From positions 32,923-96,922 of the forward strand of contig CBDDBX010000015.1 in NCBI GenBank assembly GCA_965225955.1: a stretch of 64,000 bases of DNA, read 5' to 3'. Positions 37,009 to 45,819 of the stretch are shown here, in pieces. The notes under the pieces are model-generated. The model had not been told where the DNA came from, did no database searches, and saw only the letters and a program-made list of their open reading frames with translations. Every line of letters begins with the position of its first letter. Positions within the stretch are counted from its first letter, which is position 1. Origin of the DNA: Candidatus Aminicenantia bacterium (GTDB lineage: Bacteria > Acidobacteriota > Aminicenantia > UBA2199). Made by a program: the position numbers and the translations under genes.

Positions 37009-37230
37009 TTAAGAGTGTTTTTTTATAATCTCTTCGGCCTCAGCAATCTGATTGGGAAACAGATCACGGGGAACGTCACATCTCCCTGTTGAGATTGCTA
37101 TTTTGTATCTTGCACATTTAATAAAATCGGACATACAGTAGTCTCTTTTAAATATTTTTGTACCAGCAGGCATATCCCTCATAAGATCATTGAAAAATAT
37201 ACAACCATTCAGAAATTCACATCTGGACAT
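37009..37230 (-). CDS. Small Cys-rich protein of unknown function
   Basis: 73 aa. Cysteines at CEFLNGC, YC, KC and RC. An SD-like GAGGAAA sequence lies upstream. Confidence 0.55.
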   Translation of the reverse strand: MSRCEFLNGCIFFNDLMRDMPAGTKIFKRDYCMSDFIKCARYKIAISTGRCDVPRDLFPNQIAEAEEIIKKHS

Positions 37231-37398
37231 TATTTCCTCTGTTTAAGATATCAATAATACAAAATAGAGGAAATTAGATTTTTTTGCAATACGATATAAA
37301 TATGTAAAGTACAGGTGTTGTCGGCAATTTTCAGAATATTGTAAACTTTTTTTATTAAAGTGCTGTCTATATATCATTAGTTCTAATAAGGAGGAGTT

Positions 37399-38487
37399 AT
37401 GTTTTACCGGAAGATTTTCTTTTTAGTAGTAGTAGTTACTTTTCTTGGGATATTTACTGGTTGTGATGATAAAACCAAAGCTCTTAATAAAAACTCTGTC
37501 TCTTTTGCTCAGAATGCATGGGTAAAAATCGATGATACTGATAAGGCAGGTTTTAGTTCTGAGTCCTTAAAGAAACTGAAAGAGTACTGTAAAACTCTTA
37601 ACACAACAGGTCTCATGGTTATTTACAGGGGCAAGGTTCTTTTTGAATATGGAGATATAAAAAAAGTAAGTTATATTGCGTCAGTAAGAAAGAGTGTACT
37701 GGCAATGATTTATGGGATATATGTCAATAATGGAACAATAGACCTGAGTAAAAATCTTGAACAGCTGGGGATGGATGACATTGGGGGCTTGTTACCTGTT
37801 GAGAAAAAGGCTACGGTTGAACACCTCATATCTGCAAGATCAGGGGTATACCATCTTGCCTCCAATCCTGGGGATAATCTGGCAGATGCTCCTGAAAGAG
37901 GTTCAAAGGAGCCGGGTACATACTATCTTTACAGTAACTGGGATTTTAATGCTGCAGGTGGAGCTTTTGAAAAGATTACAGGGAAAGATATATTTGATGT
38001 TGTAAATGAGGAGCTGGTAAAACCTCTTGAAATGGAGGATTTTACCCGGTCTATGCATGAGAAGGGAGGGGATCTCTCAAGGTCAGTCTATCCATCATAT
38101 CATATGTATTTTTCTACAAGGGACATGGCAAGAATAGGTAGGCTTATGCTGAATAAAGGGCGTTATAATGGCAAGCAGATTATTCCTGCAGAGTGGGTGA
38201 AAAAAAGTACCAGTCTTATAACTCATTCAAAAGATATGAATCCGGGATTCTATAAGAACGGTGAATTTGGATATGGATATATGTGGTGGGTATGGGATCC
38301 TGCGAACTGCAGAAGAGAGTTACACGGTGCTTACTGTGCAAGAGGGGCATTCGGGCAATATATAACTGTAATTCCTTCAATGAATATCGTAATTGCACAT
38401 AAGACGGCTGTTCCGCCCAGAAAACATGTAGGGTGGTCAGATTATCGTACTGTTGTTGATATGATTATAGATTCGAAGGTTAAGTAG
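37399..38487 (+). CDS. Serine hydrolase of the beta-lactamase/PBP4* family (lipoprotein)
   Basis: Lipobox FTGCDD. S-x-x-K (SVRK) and Y-x-N (YSN) motifs. SD AAGGAGG. Confidence 0.85.
   Translation: MFYRKIFFLVVVVTFLGIFTGCDDKTKALNKNSVSFAQNAWVKIDDTDKAGFSSESLKKLKEYCKTLNTTGLMVIYRGKVLFEYGDIKKVSYIASVRKSVLAMIYGIYVNNGTIDLSKNLEQLGMDDIGGLLPVEKKATVEHLISARSGVYHLASNPGDNLADAPERGSKEPGTYYLYSNWDFNAAGGAFEKITGKDIFDVVNEELVKPLEMEDFTRSMHEKGGDLSRSVYPSYHMYFSTRDMARIGRLMLNKGRYNGKQIIPAEWVKKSTSLITHSKDMNPGFYKNGEFGYGYMWWVWDPANCRRELHGAYCARGAFGQYITVIPSMNIVIAHKTAVPPRKHVGWSDYRTVVDMIIDSKVK
38413..38486 (+). repeat. Copy 1 of a 74-bp perfect direct repeat (the last 24 codons of the serine-hydrolase gene plus the first two bases of its stop codon)
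   Basis: Read base by base: CCGCCCAGAAAACATGTAGGGTGGTCAGATTATCGTACTGTTGTTGATATGATTATAGATTCGAAGGTTAAGTA. Confidence 0.9.
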
Positions 38488-38585
38488 AGTACTGGCGGAA
38501 CAGTTTACATAAAGTGACAAGCTGTTGCTTGCTCCCATCTGCGACAATACTCGTCCTTCACTTCGTTTCGTCCTTCGTTCGCAGA

Positions 38586-38659
38586 CCGCCCAGAAAACAT
38601 GTAGGGTGGTCAGATTATCGTACTGTTGTTGATATGATTATAGATTCGAAGGTTAAGTA
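38586..38659 (+). repeat. Copy 2 of the 74-bp direct repeat, 99 bp downstream of copy 1
   Basis: Identical 74 nt. The next base differs, giving TAG after copy 1 and TAA after copy 2. Confidence 0.9.
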
Positions 38660-38690
38660 AGCAGGATTAAAAAAGATTTGTACAAGTTTA

Positions 38691-38735
38691 AGGCTTATTG
38701 GGCTCATCAATACCACCCCGTCAGCAAAACTGATT
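38691..38735 (+). repeat. Solo arm of the dispersed repeat family also seen at 42982-43343
   Basis: AGGCTTATTGGGCTCATCAATACCACCCCGTCAGC matches 42982-43016 at 31 of 35 positions. The following ...AAAACTGATT resembles the reverse complement of the right arm (43321-43331). Confidence 0.7.
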
Positions 38736-38911
38736 AGTTAAAGTTCTGTGTTGACATTGGTTATTCCAGAACTGTTTTAACAATAAAACGGGAGCATACT
38801 TCGTTATGGTAAAACCATAACTTCGATGCTCCCTTACACTCCATATTTTTTATAATAATTAGTTCCGGTTATAAGTGTACTAAGTTCCTAAGTTTACCTG
38901 ACTGGAAGATC

Positions 38912-38949
38912 CCTTATCAATGAATATGTGATAAAAAAATAAGGCTCAT
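38912..38949 (+). repeat. Direct repeat flanking the hemerythrin gene (downstream copy)
   Basis: CCTTATCAATGAATATGTGATAAAAAAATAAGGCTCAT, compared with CCTTATCAATAAATATGTGATGAAAAAAATAAAATTCAT at 39435-39473. Both are preceded by TTTACCT. Confidence 0.75.
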
Positions 38950-39016
38950 AAACGGACTATCTTTTCAGGTTCTTTATTCCTGTATCTCTTAGAATATGGT
39001 ACAGAAAGAGTGAGGG

Positions 39017-39412
39017 TTATTTGCTGAAATCTTTTTTGTACTTCTGATCCATTTCCAGAATATGACTTCTAAGCCAGTTAACAAGAAATCTGAGCATCTT
39101 AACTGAAATACCCTCTTTATTGTTCAGGTATTCCCGTAAAAAATTCTGCAGAGTTTCTTCAAATTTCTTGTGTTCACACTGCTGCTCTTTCAATAATTCA
39201 GGTGCATGATTTCTGATATAACGTTCTTCTGTATCGAAATGTTTTCTTGAATACTCTCTCAGACGTTTAAGATGCTCATGAAATTGCGTATCGATATTAC
39301 TCTCTGTGAGATTCTGGATAACATCATTGGTTATATCAAAAAGCTCTCTATGCTGTTTATCAAGCATAACAACATTTACTGAGTATTTCTCTGTCCATTT
39401 AATCTTTTTCAT
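39017..39412 (-). CDS. Bacteriohemerythrin
   Basis: 131 aa. KWTEKYSVNVVMLDKQHRELF plus hemerythrin His/Glu ligand pattern. Confidence 0.9.
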   Translation of the reverse strand: MKKIKWTEKYSVNVVMLDKQHRELFDITNDVIQNLTESNIDTQFHEHLKRLREYSRKHFDTEERYIRNHAPELLKEQQCEHKKFEETLQNFLREYLNNKEGISVKMLRFLVNWLRSHILEMDQKYKKDFSK

Positions 39413-39434
39413 ATTCTGATTTTACCTTTTGATT

Positions 39435-39473
39435 CCTTATCAATAAATATGTGATGAAAAAAATAAAATTCAT
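39435..39473 (+). repeat. Direct repeat flanking the hemerythrin gene (upstream/promoter-side copy)
   Basis: See the partner at 38912-38949. Confidence 0.75.
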
Positions 39474-39601
39474 GAAAGATTTATTATTTTCCGATTCCTG
39501 TTCAATTTAAAAGCAACTAACTAAACTGCATTGGTTGGTATGAATTGAAGGGCTGAAAGCAGGTGCAATATAATAAAGACCTGCTTATGTGGGCGTGCTA
39601 A

Positions 39602-39790
39602 TCAGTCGTGACTTATAGCTTCAACCGGACAGTTGTCTTCCGCTTCAAGTGCTGAAGCCTGAAGGTCTTCGGGTACAGGAGTTAAAATTACCTGTGATTT
39701 GTCGTCATCTCCAATTTCAAAAACTTCGGGGCAGGTCCCCATACATGCACCACAGCCAATACATAAATCTTTGTCTACGGTAAAAGTCAT
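39602..39790 (-). CDS. Small 4Fe-4S ferredoxin
   Basis: 62 aa. CIGCGACMGTCP ... NCP cluster-binding pattern. SD GGAGGAAAC. Confidence 0.85.
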   Translation of the reverse strand: MTFTVDKDLCIGCGACMGTCPEVFEIGDDDKSQVILTPVPEDLQASALEAEDNCPVEAISHD

Positions 39791-40011
39791 TTGTTTCCTC
39801 CGTGTTATTTTGTTTTAAATCAGATCCTATCGGGATATTAAGATGATGATGAAATTTTTTCTCTAAAAATCGTTAAAAATTTTTTTCTGTGAACTTTTTT
39901 TCAGAACCTCCGTCTTATGAATATTGCGCAATCTTAAAAAATTGAAACATATGTTTTGTTTAGATTTATAAGTTTCTTTCAATTTTTTAGTATTGGATTT
40001 TAGGAGAGACA

Positions 40012-40338
40012 ATGAAACTACTTACCCGTGCTGAAGAGCTTATATTGCTGGCAATATGGAAACTGGGAGAAGATGCCTATTGTGTGCCTGTTAGAAAACT
40101 TATTTCTGAAATTACAGAAGAGAACTGGTCTCTTGGAACAATCTATATGCCTCTTGAAAGACTTGAAAAGAGAGGGTTTGTAAAATCTGCCCTTTCAGAT
40201 TCTACTCCAAAAAGAGGAGGAAGGCATAAAAGAATTTACACTCTTCTTCCTGAAGGGGTAGAAGCTCTAAAAAAGGTGAGAGAAGTGGAGATGAAAATGT
40301 GGTCCGCTGTATCTGATATGGTAGAGGAGACCAGTTAA
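40012..40338 (+). CDS. PadR-family transcriptional regulator
   Basis: 108 aa. Winged-helix pattern LILLAIWKLGEDAYCVPVRKLISE...GTIYMPLERLEKRGFV. Confidence 0.88.
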   Translation: MKLLTRAEELILLAIWKLGEDAYCVPVRKLISEITEENWSLGTIYMPLERLEKRGFVKSALSDSTPKRGGRHKRIYTLLPEGVEALKKVREVEMKMWSAVSDMVEETS

Positions 40339-42974
40339 TGAGTGAACATTCTGGTTTTCATAAACCTCCCGTTATAGCTGAGAAAGTGCTTGCTTTTCTG
40401 CTGGTTACAGATGAGTGGGCTACTCCTCTGGGGGATTTTGAAGAGTATTTTAATGATCTGGCAGAGTCAGAAGGATCAGGTAAAGCCAGAGCGTGGTATT
40501 GGGGACAGGTTCTGATGCTTGTACCTGTGAAGTTAAAGGAAAAATTATTCTGGAGTTTAGTTATGTTTAAAAATTATCTTAAAATCGCATTCAGGAACTG
40601 TATGAAATCAAAATGGAGTTCCCTTATTAATATACTTAGTCTTACTATCGGTGTTGTCTGTAGTGTTTTTATATTCCTTTTTGTTGCAGAAGAGTTTAGT
40701 CATGAAAATTTTCATGAGAATAAAGATAATATTTACAGAGCTGTTAGTATAAGACAGCTTGCTGATAATGAAATCTCATATAGCAGTATGTATTCGAAAA
40801 AGGCAATGGAGAAAATGAAAACTGTTTCCCCGGATATTGAATATACTACTGCCTTCTCAACGTCAGCTAATATAATTCAGATTGGTGATAAATTCTATAA
40901 TGACGTGTTTGCTCTTGGGGGAAAAGATTTCTTCAGAATATTTACATTTCCTCTGGTTGCAGGAACAAAAGATTCGGCTCTTGCAACACCGGATTCTCTT
41001 GTTATAACAAAAAAGGTTGCTGATAAGTATTTTGGAAAACCTGTTAATGGATATTCTGAGATGATTGGTAAAACTATCAGATTACACTCATATAACAAAA
41101 AGTATTACAAAAATTACATTATTACAGGAGTTATGGAAAATGTTCCTGAGAATTCCAGTATGGATTTTGGATTTGTAATTCATGCAGATAACAGGTTCCG
41201 TTATGGTGGGAGTAATGATGCGTTTGGCGGAATGACATTCTATTTCAAGCTTAAAAAAGGAGCCGCCCCTGGTTCTGTTGCAGAACAGATGAATGTTCTG
41301 AATACCACTGTGTATGGATCACTTATAAAGAAAATGAGAAAGAACGGTGTTCTGGCAGATTCAGACAATTGTGTAAAGTATAAATTGCAGCCGCTTACTG
41401 ATATTTATATGGGAAAAGAGGGAACACCCTATCTAAAAAATAGTAGTGAGATATACTCTCTGATTCTTATTGGTATCGGCACTCTTATTCTGATACTTGC
41501 ATGTATGAATTTCATATCACTCTCTTTTGGACAGGCTGTAAGTAAAGCCGGTGAAATAGGAGTCAGAAAGACTCTGGGAGCCTCCAGAGTTCAGATAGTA
41601 ACACAGCAGCTTACAGAAGGAGGCTTACTGATAGTTACATCAATTCTGGGTGGGCTGTTTATTTCAACTGCAATGCTGCCATTTTTTAATAGTTTAGTTG
41701 GTAAAGAGTTAGCACTGGTTAATGGCAAAACTGCCATAACACTTTTTTTTATACTGGTTATTATGACTGTTTTCACAATTTTTGCAGCAGGTATACCAGC
41801 TCTCTTTATCTCAAAGTTCCAGCCTGGGAGAATACTTGGAAGACTTCTGAAGCCGGGAGGTAAAAGCAGAATAACCTCTGCTCTTGTTACAGCTCAGTTC
41901 TTTATATCAATTGTTCTTCTTATAAGTACTTTTATTATGTCTGAACAGATGAACTATATGCACGATAAAGATCTCGGTTTTGATAAAGAGAATCTTATAG
42001 TTGTTAAAACTCCATACAGGGTCTCTGGCCGACTTAAGAAAATTTACAGCAGATACCAGGAGGTTCTGAGTATCGGAGGCACTGATCGTAATTTCTCAAA
42101 TGGTAGTAGTTCGCGTCAGTTTAAAGATGCAAAAGGAAAAGCTGTATATGGAAATATTATGAGAATTGATGAAGATTATATAAAAACAATGAATATGAAG
42201 CTTGTTCAGGGAAGAGGGTTCTCAAAAGATTACCCCGGAGATGTGAACAACTCAATTATTGTTAATCAGAAAATGGTTGAGAAGATGGGCTGGAATAATC
42301 CTATTGGAAAATCTCTGTCAGGTGAGTCAGCATTCAGGAATCCTCCTGTAGTGGTTGGTGTTATTCAGGATTTTAATTTTAAATCTGTAAAAGAGGAGAT
42401 AAATCCCATTGTTATGCATATGAATCGTACGTATGGAGGGTATTCACTTCTTATAAGAAGTAAGGCTGGTAGAATTGCAGATCTGTTAAATAAGATGGAA
42501 AGGGACTGGAAAAACGTAGTACCGGATAAACCATTTGCTTTTACTTTTCTTGATGATGATATGGAGAAAAAGTACAGAAATGAGAAGAAGTGGAAGAGAA
42601 TTACAGGATTTGCATCGATACTGGCTTTTATTATCTCATCTCTTGGACTTATAGGCCTCGTGGCAATTATGATTAACTACAGAATTAAAGAGATTGGAAT
42701 AAGAAAGGTGTTGGGAAGCTCTGTTGCTTCAGTAGTCTATATACTCGTTAAGGATTTTACCAAATGGGTGCTTTATGCAAATATAATTGCCTGGCCTGTT
42801 GCCTATTACATAATGGATAAATGGATGTCCGGTTATGCTTACCGTATCAGTATTGATCTGATGCCTTTTCTGCTGGCTGGTCTGACAGCTCTTGGAATTG
42901 CAGCGTTTTCTGTTAGTTTTCAGACTATTAATGCTGCCAGAGTTAATCCAGTACAGTCACTTAAAAGTGAGTAG
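40338..42974 (+). CDS. FtsX/MacB-type ABC transporter permease with an N-terminal prefix domain
   Basis: 878 aa. Overlaps the padR stop (TAATG). Two FtsX modules (GVRKTLGASR, GIRKVLGSSV). It is a paralog of 22911-25292. Confidence 0.88.
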   Translation: MSEHSGFHKPPVIAEKVLAFLLVTDEWATPLGDFEEYFNDLAESEGSGKARAWYWGQVLMLVPVKLKEKLFWSLVMFKNYLKIAFRNCMKSKWSSLINILSLTIGVVCSVFIFLFVAEEFSHENFHENKDNIYRAVSIRQLADNEISYSSMYSKKAMEKMKTVSPDIEYTTAFSTSANIIQIGDKFYNDVFALGGKDFFRIFTFPLVAGTKDSALATPDSLVITKKVADKYFGKPVNGYSEMIGKTIRLHSYNKKYYKNYIITGVMENVPENSSMDFGFVIHADNRFRYGGSNDAFGGMTFYFKLKKGAAPGSVAEQMNVLNTTVYGSLIKKMRKNGVLADSDNCVKYKLQPLTDIYMGKEGTPYLKNSSEIYSLILIGIGTLILILACMNFISLSFGQAVSKAGEIGVRKTLGASRVQIVTQQLTEGGLLIVTSILGGLFISTAMLPFFNSLVGKELALVNGKTAITLFFILVIMTVFTIFAAGIPALFISKFQPGRILGRLLKPGGKSRITSALVTAQFFISIVLLISTFIMSEQMNYMHDKDLGFDKENLIVVKTPYRVSGRLKKIYSRYQEVLSIGGTDRNFSNGSSSRQFKDAKGKAVYGNIMRIDEDYIKTMNMKLVQGRGFSKDYPGDVNNSIIVNQKMVEKMGWNNPIGKSLSGESAFRNPPVVVGVIQDFNFKSVKEEINPIVMHMNRTYGGYSLLIRSKAGRIADLLNKMERDWKNVVPDKPFAFTFLDDDMEKKYRNEKKWKRITGFASILAFIISSLGLIGLVAIMINYRIKEIGIRKVLGSSVASVVYILVKDFTKWVLYANIIAWPVAYYIMDKWMSGYAYRISIDLMPFLLAGLTALGIAAFSVSFQTINAARVNPVQSLKSE

Positions 42975-42981
42975 ATAGTAT

Positions 42982-43343
42982 AGGCTTAGTGGGCTTATTA
43001 ATACCACCCCGGCAGCTACGTAACTTTTCTGAAGAAAAGTACTTGCTGCCCCCCCTCCTTTTGAATAAGATCAGCTGAAGCTTTCTTATTCAAATGAGGG
43101 GATTTCTGCTATTCAGTGGTAATTTGTGCAGCTATCTTATCAGTTATTCAGACTTAATTTTTATGAATCAGCAGGAACTGTTTAAGACAGACAGAAATCC
43201 CCTCCTTTCCACACCTGACTGTAGTGGCGAGTCACCTTATTTAAAGATTAAATGGGAACCTCATAGTTCGTAAAACATCAAAAATCAAGGAGGGGGGGCA
43301 GCAAACTGAGAGCTTCAGCGAATCAGTGTAGCTGGCGGGGTGG
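42982..43343. repeat. Composite nested inverted-repeat element (MITE-like or structured-RNA-like)
   Basis: Three nested arm pairs. CCACCCCGGCAGCTAC (43004-43019) pairs with GTAGCTGGCGGGGTGG (43328-43343), 15/16. TTGCTGCCCCCCCTCCTT (43043-43060) pairs with AAGGAGGGGGGGCAGCAA (43287-43304), 18/18. GAGGGGATTTCTG (43096-43108) pairs with CAGAAATCCCCTC (43192-43204), 13/13. There are also local hairpins at 43023-43040 and 43061-43093. Confidence 0.75.
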
Positions 43344-43553
43344 TCCTGGAAAGTCCTGCAACATTTAGAATAAAACCTGATTGAGCAAAAAAAGCTTAAA
43401 CTAGTGCCATTCGTGTCAGTCCGTGTGAGCCTCTGTTCTTTGTGTATCTCTTCAGCAAGCTCCCATAATTTTAAACCTTGACTTAATGGGTTAAGAGGCG
43501 TATAACCTCTCTCTTAATATTCTATATGAATAGGAATTTATAAGAAGGTTGTT

Positions 43554-44123
43554 ATGAGTTGTTATCCATCCACCGGGGATGTTAGAAACCGTAGTAGCGA
43601 ATTTCTGGATCAGGTAAAGAATCCATCTTTTATAAGATATTTACTACTCTGTGTAATTGGAAGCAGTATATGTTATCTCTTATATACACTGTTTCCGGCA
43701 TACCCTTTTCAGTGGAGTATAATTTCAGTTCTCATCGTTCTGGCACCAGAGAAAAAAGATGCACGTAAACTGGCTCTGGATCGCATTAAGGCTAATGTAA
43801 TCGGATCTGTTACAGGGCTCCTTTCTTTTCTTATTCACACTCCCGATATTATGTCTCTGGGATGTTCTGTTGTTGCTACAGTTCTGATATGTACATGGGT
43901 AAAGCTGGGTAATGCTTCCCGTTCAGCTCTTGCTGCTCTGGCAATAGTCCTTATTCTTGAAAAAGAGCGTAATACTTTTGATGCTGCTCTTGAAAGAATG
44001 GGGTGCGTGATCGCTGGATGTATTGTAGCTCTGATTATTACATCTGTTTTTCAGAGTCATCGCTGGAAGCATAAAAGGGGTAAGTATAAATTGCAGCAGT
44101 TCTTCTATAATCTGCTCTCCTGA
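43554..44123 (+). CDS. FUSC/aromatic-acid-exporter-like membrane protein
   Basis: 189 aa, multi-TM. The pattern PFQWSIISVLIVLAP....ALDRIKANVIGSVTGLL resembles the FUSC_2 family. Confidence 0.5.
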   Translation: MSCYPSTGDVRNRSSEFLDQVKNPSFIRYLLLCVIGSSICYLLYTLFPAYPFQWSIISVLIVLAPEKKDARKLALDRIKANVIGSVTGLLSFLIHTPDIMSLGCSVVATVLICTWVKLGNASRSALAALAIVLILEKERNTFDAALERMGCVIAGCIVALIITSVFQSHRWKHKRGKYKLQQFFYNLLS

Positions 44124-44243
44124 TTGTGCCATCAGGGTGTAACGATTCTTAAGTTGAAAAAGCTTCTGGATGAGTGCATATTTTTTTAATAATCAATAAG
44201 TTGTTTTCTACATAATAATTGATTGATTAGAGAGAAGGTTAGC

Positions 44244-45815
44244 ATGGATCTGGATATAAAAACTTTGACAATATTATCTGCTATTATACTAATAGGACCG
44301 ATACTGTCTCTGTTTGCTTTCTGGAAATCAAGAATAAGATCCAATGGGCTGGGATACTGGATAGTTGGTATGGTTGCATGTTCTGTTGCCTCTCTTCTGA
44401 TCGGTATGAGAGAACATACAACAATATTTTTCTCTATATTTGTTGCCAATATTCTTTTTGCAGTAGGTAATCTGCTTTTTCTGAGAGGAATATGGTTCTT
44501 CATCGGCAGATCAGTGCTGCCTGTATTTGAGTCTATTGTTACCTTTCTGGTGGCATTAGTTTTATGGTATTTCACCTACATAGACTTTAATGTATCAGTA
44601 AGAGTGGTGTTTATATCTTCTGTTCTGGGACTTATTTCCCTTCTGACCTCCTATGAGTTGATTAAATGGAGAAGAAGGTCCTGGAGCAGGGCTGGTATGA
44701 CTGCTGCTGCAATTTTTGCAGTAAATGGCATATATATGGTAGCCAGAGCTGTAATTACTCTTCAGATGGGGCCTGTGCCGGAATTTCTTAAAGCCGGTAA
44801 CCCTCAGGCTATGGTCTTTCTTGAGCTTATCTTCTTTTATACCGGGGTAACTTTTACTTTTATATGGATGACATATTCGTCTCTTGAGGGGGAACGGAAG
44901 GTCCTGTTAAGTGCTGTGAGGCAAAGCCCTTCAGCAATAATAATAACCAATGCAGATGGCAATATCGAATATGTTAATCCTGCTTTTACCGAGAAAAATG
45001 GATATAGTTTTGATGAGGTGCTTGGAAAAAATCCCGGATTCCTGAGATCAGGAGAACTGGATAGTTCAATTTATAATGATCTGTGGGACACAATAACCAG
45101 GGGTAAAACCTGGAGAGGAGAGCTTCATAATAAGACTAAAAATGGGTCAACTTACTGGGAAATGGCATCAATAGGCCCAGTTAAAACATCCAGAGGCAGG
45201 GTATCTCACTATGTAGCTGTTAAAGAAGATATAAGTGACAGAAAACTCATGGAGGAGAAACTACGCCACATGGCGACTCATGATAGTCTCACCGGTCTGC
45301 CTGCCAGAAGGCTTGCAATGGACAGGCTTGAAACAGCTGTTATGAATGCCAGGCGAAATGGCAGTATGGTTGCAGTAATGTTTGCCGATCTCGATGGTTT
45401 CAAGTTCGTTAATGATACTTTTGGTCACGATACAGGCGATAAGCTTCTTATGAAAGTTGCCGATCGTCTCACAGGATGTGTCAGAGAAGTTGATACTGTT
45501 GCCCGGATAGGAGGAGATGAGTTTATATTCATAATAACAGGATTTGATACCAGTGCGGGTATTGAGGTTGTAGCGGAGAAGGTTATAGAGGCTGTTTCAA
45601 AATCTTATACAATTGATTACAGGGATATTTCTGTTGGGGTAAGTCTCGGGATAGCTGTATATCCTGTTCACAGTAAAATGGTTACTGAACTTGTGAGGTT
45701 TGCTGATTGTGCTATGTATTGCGCGAAAAAAAAGGGACGTAATAATTATGAATTCTTCACCGGTTCTTTTGAGAGGAATCCATTTGATAATGGTGAAGAG
45801 TCAGGTTCTGACTGA
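44244..45815 (+). CDS. Membrane-bound PAS-GGDEF diguanylate cyclase
   Basis: Multi-TM N-terminus, PAS domain (SPSAIIITNADGNIEYVNPAF...YWEMASIGPV), GGDEF domain with active site RIGGDEF and an RxxD I-site (REVD) five residues upstream. I prefer the ATG at 44244 over the TTG at 44223. Confidence 0.9.
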   Translation: MDLDIKTLTILSAIILIGPILSLFAFWKSRIRSNGLGYWIVGMVACSVASLLIGMREHTTIFFSIFVANILFAVGNLLFLRGIWFFIGRSVLPVFESIVTFLVALVLWYFTYIDFNVSVRVVFISSVLGLISLLTSYELIKWRRRSWSRAGMTAAAIFAVNGIYMVARAVITLQMGPVPEFLKAGNPQAMVFLELIFFYTGVTFTFIWMTYSSLEGERKVLLSAVRQSPSAIIITNADGNIEYVNPAFTEKNGYSFDEVLGKNPGFLRSGELDSSIYNDLWDTITRGKTWRGELHNKTKNGSTYWEMASIGPVKTSRGRVSHYVAVKEDISDRKLMEEKLRHMATHDSLTGLPARRLAMDRLETAVMNARRNGSMVAVMFADLDGFKFVNDTFGHDTGDKLLMKVADRLTGCVREVDTVARIGGDEFIFIITGFDTSAGIEVVAEKVIEAVSKSYTIDYRDISVGVSLGIAVYPVHSKMVTELVRFADCAMYCAKKKGRNNYEFFTGSFERNPFDNGEESGSD

Positions 45816-45819
45816 GTGT

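Noticed and set aside
44186-44575. 129-aa minus-strand ORF overlapping the 5' end of the PAS-GGDEF gene
   Set aside because: It is antisense to the membrane-spanning N-terminus of a well-supported 500+ aa cyclase and has no independent support.
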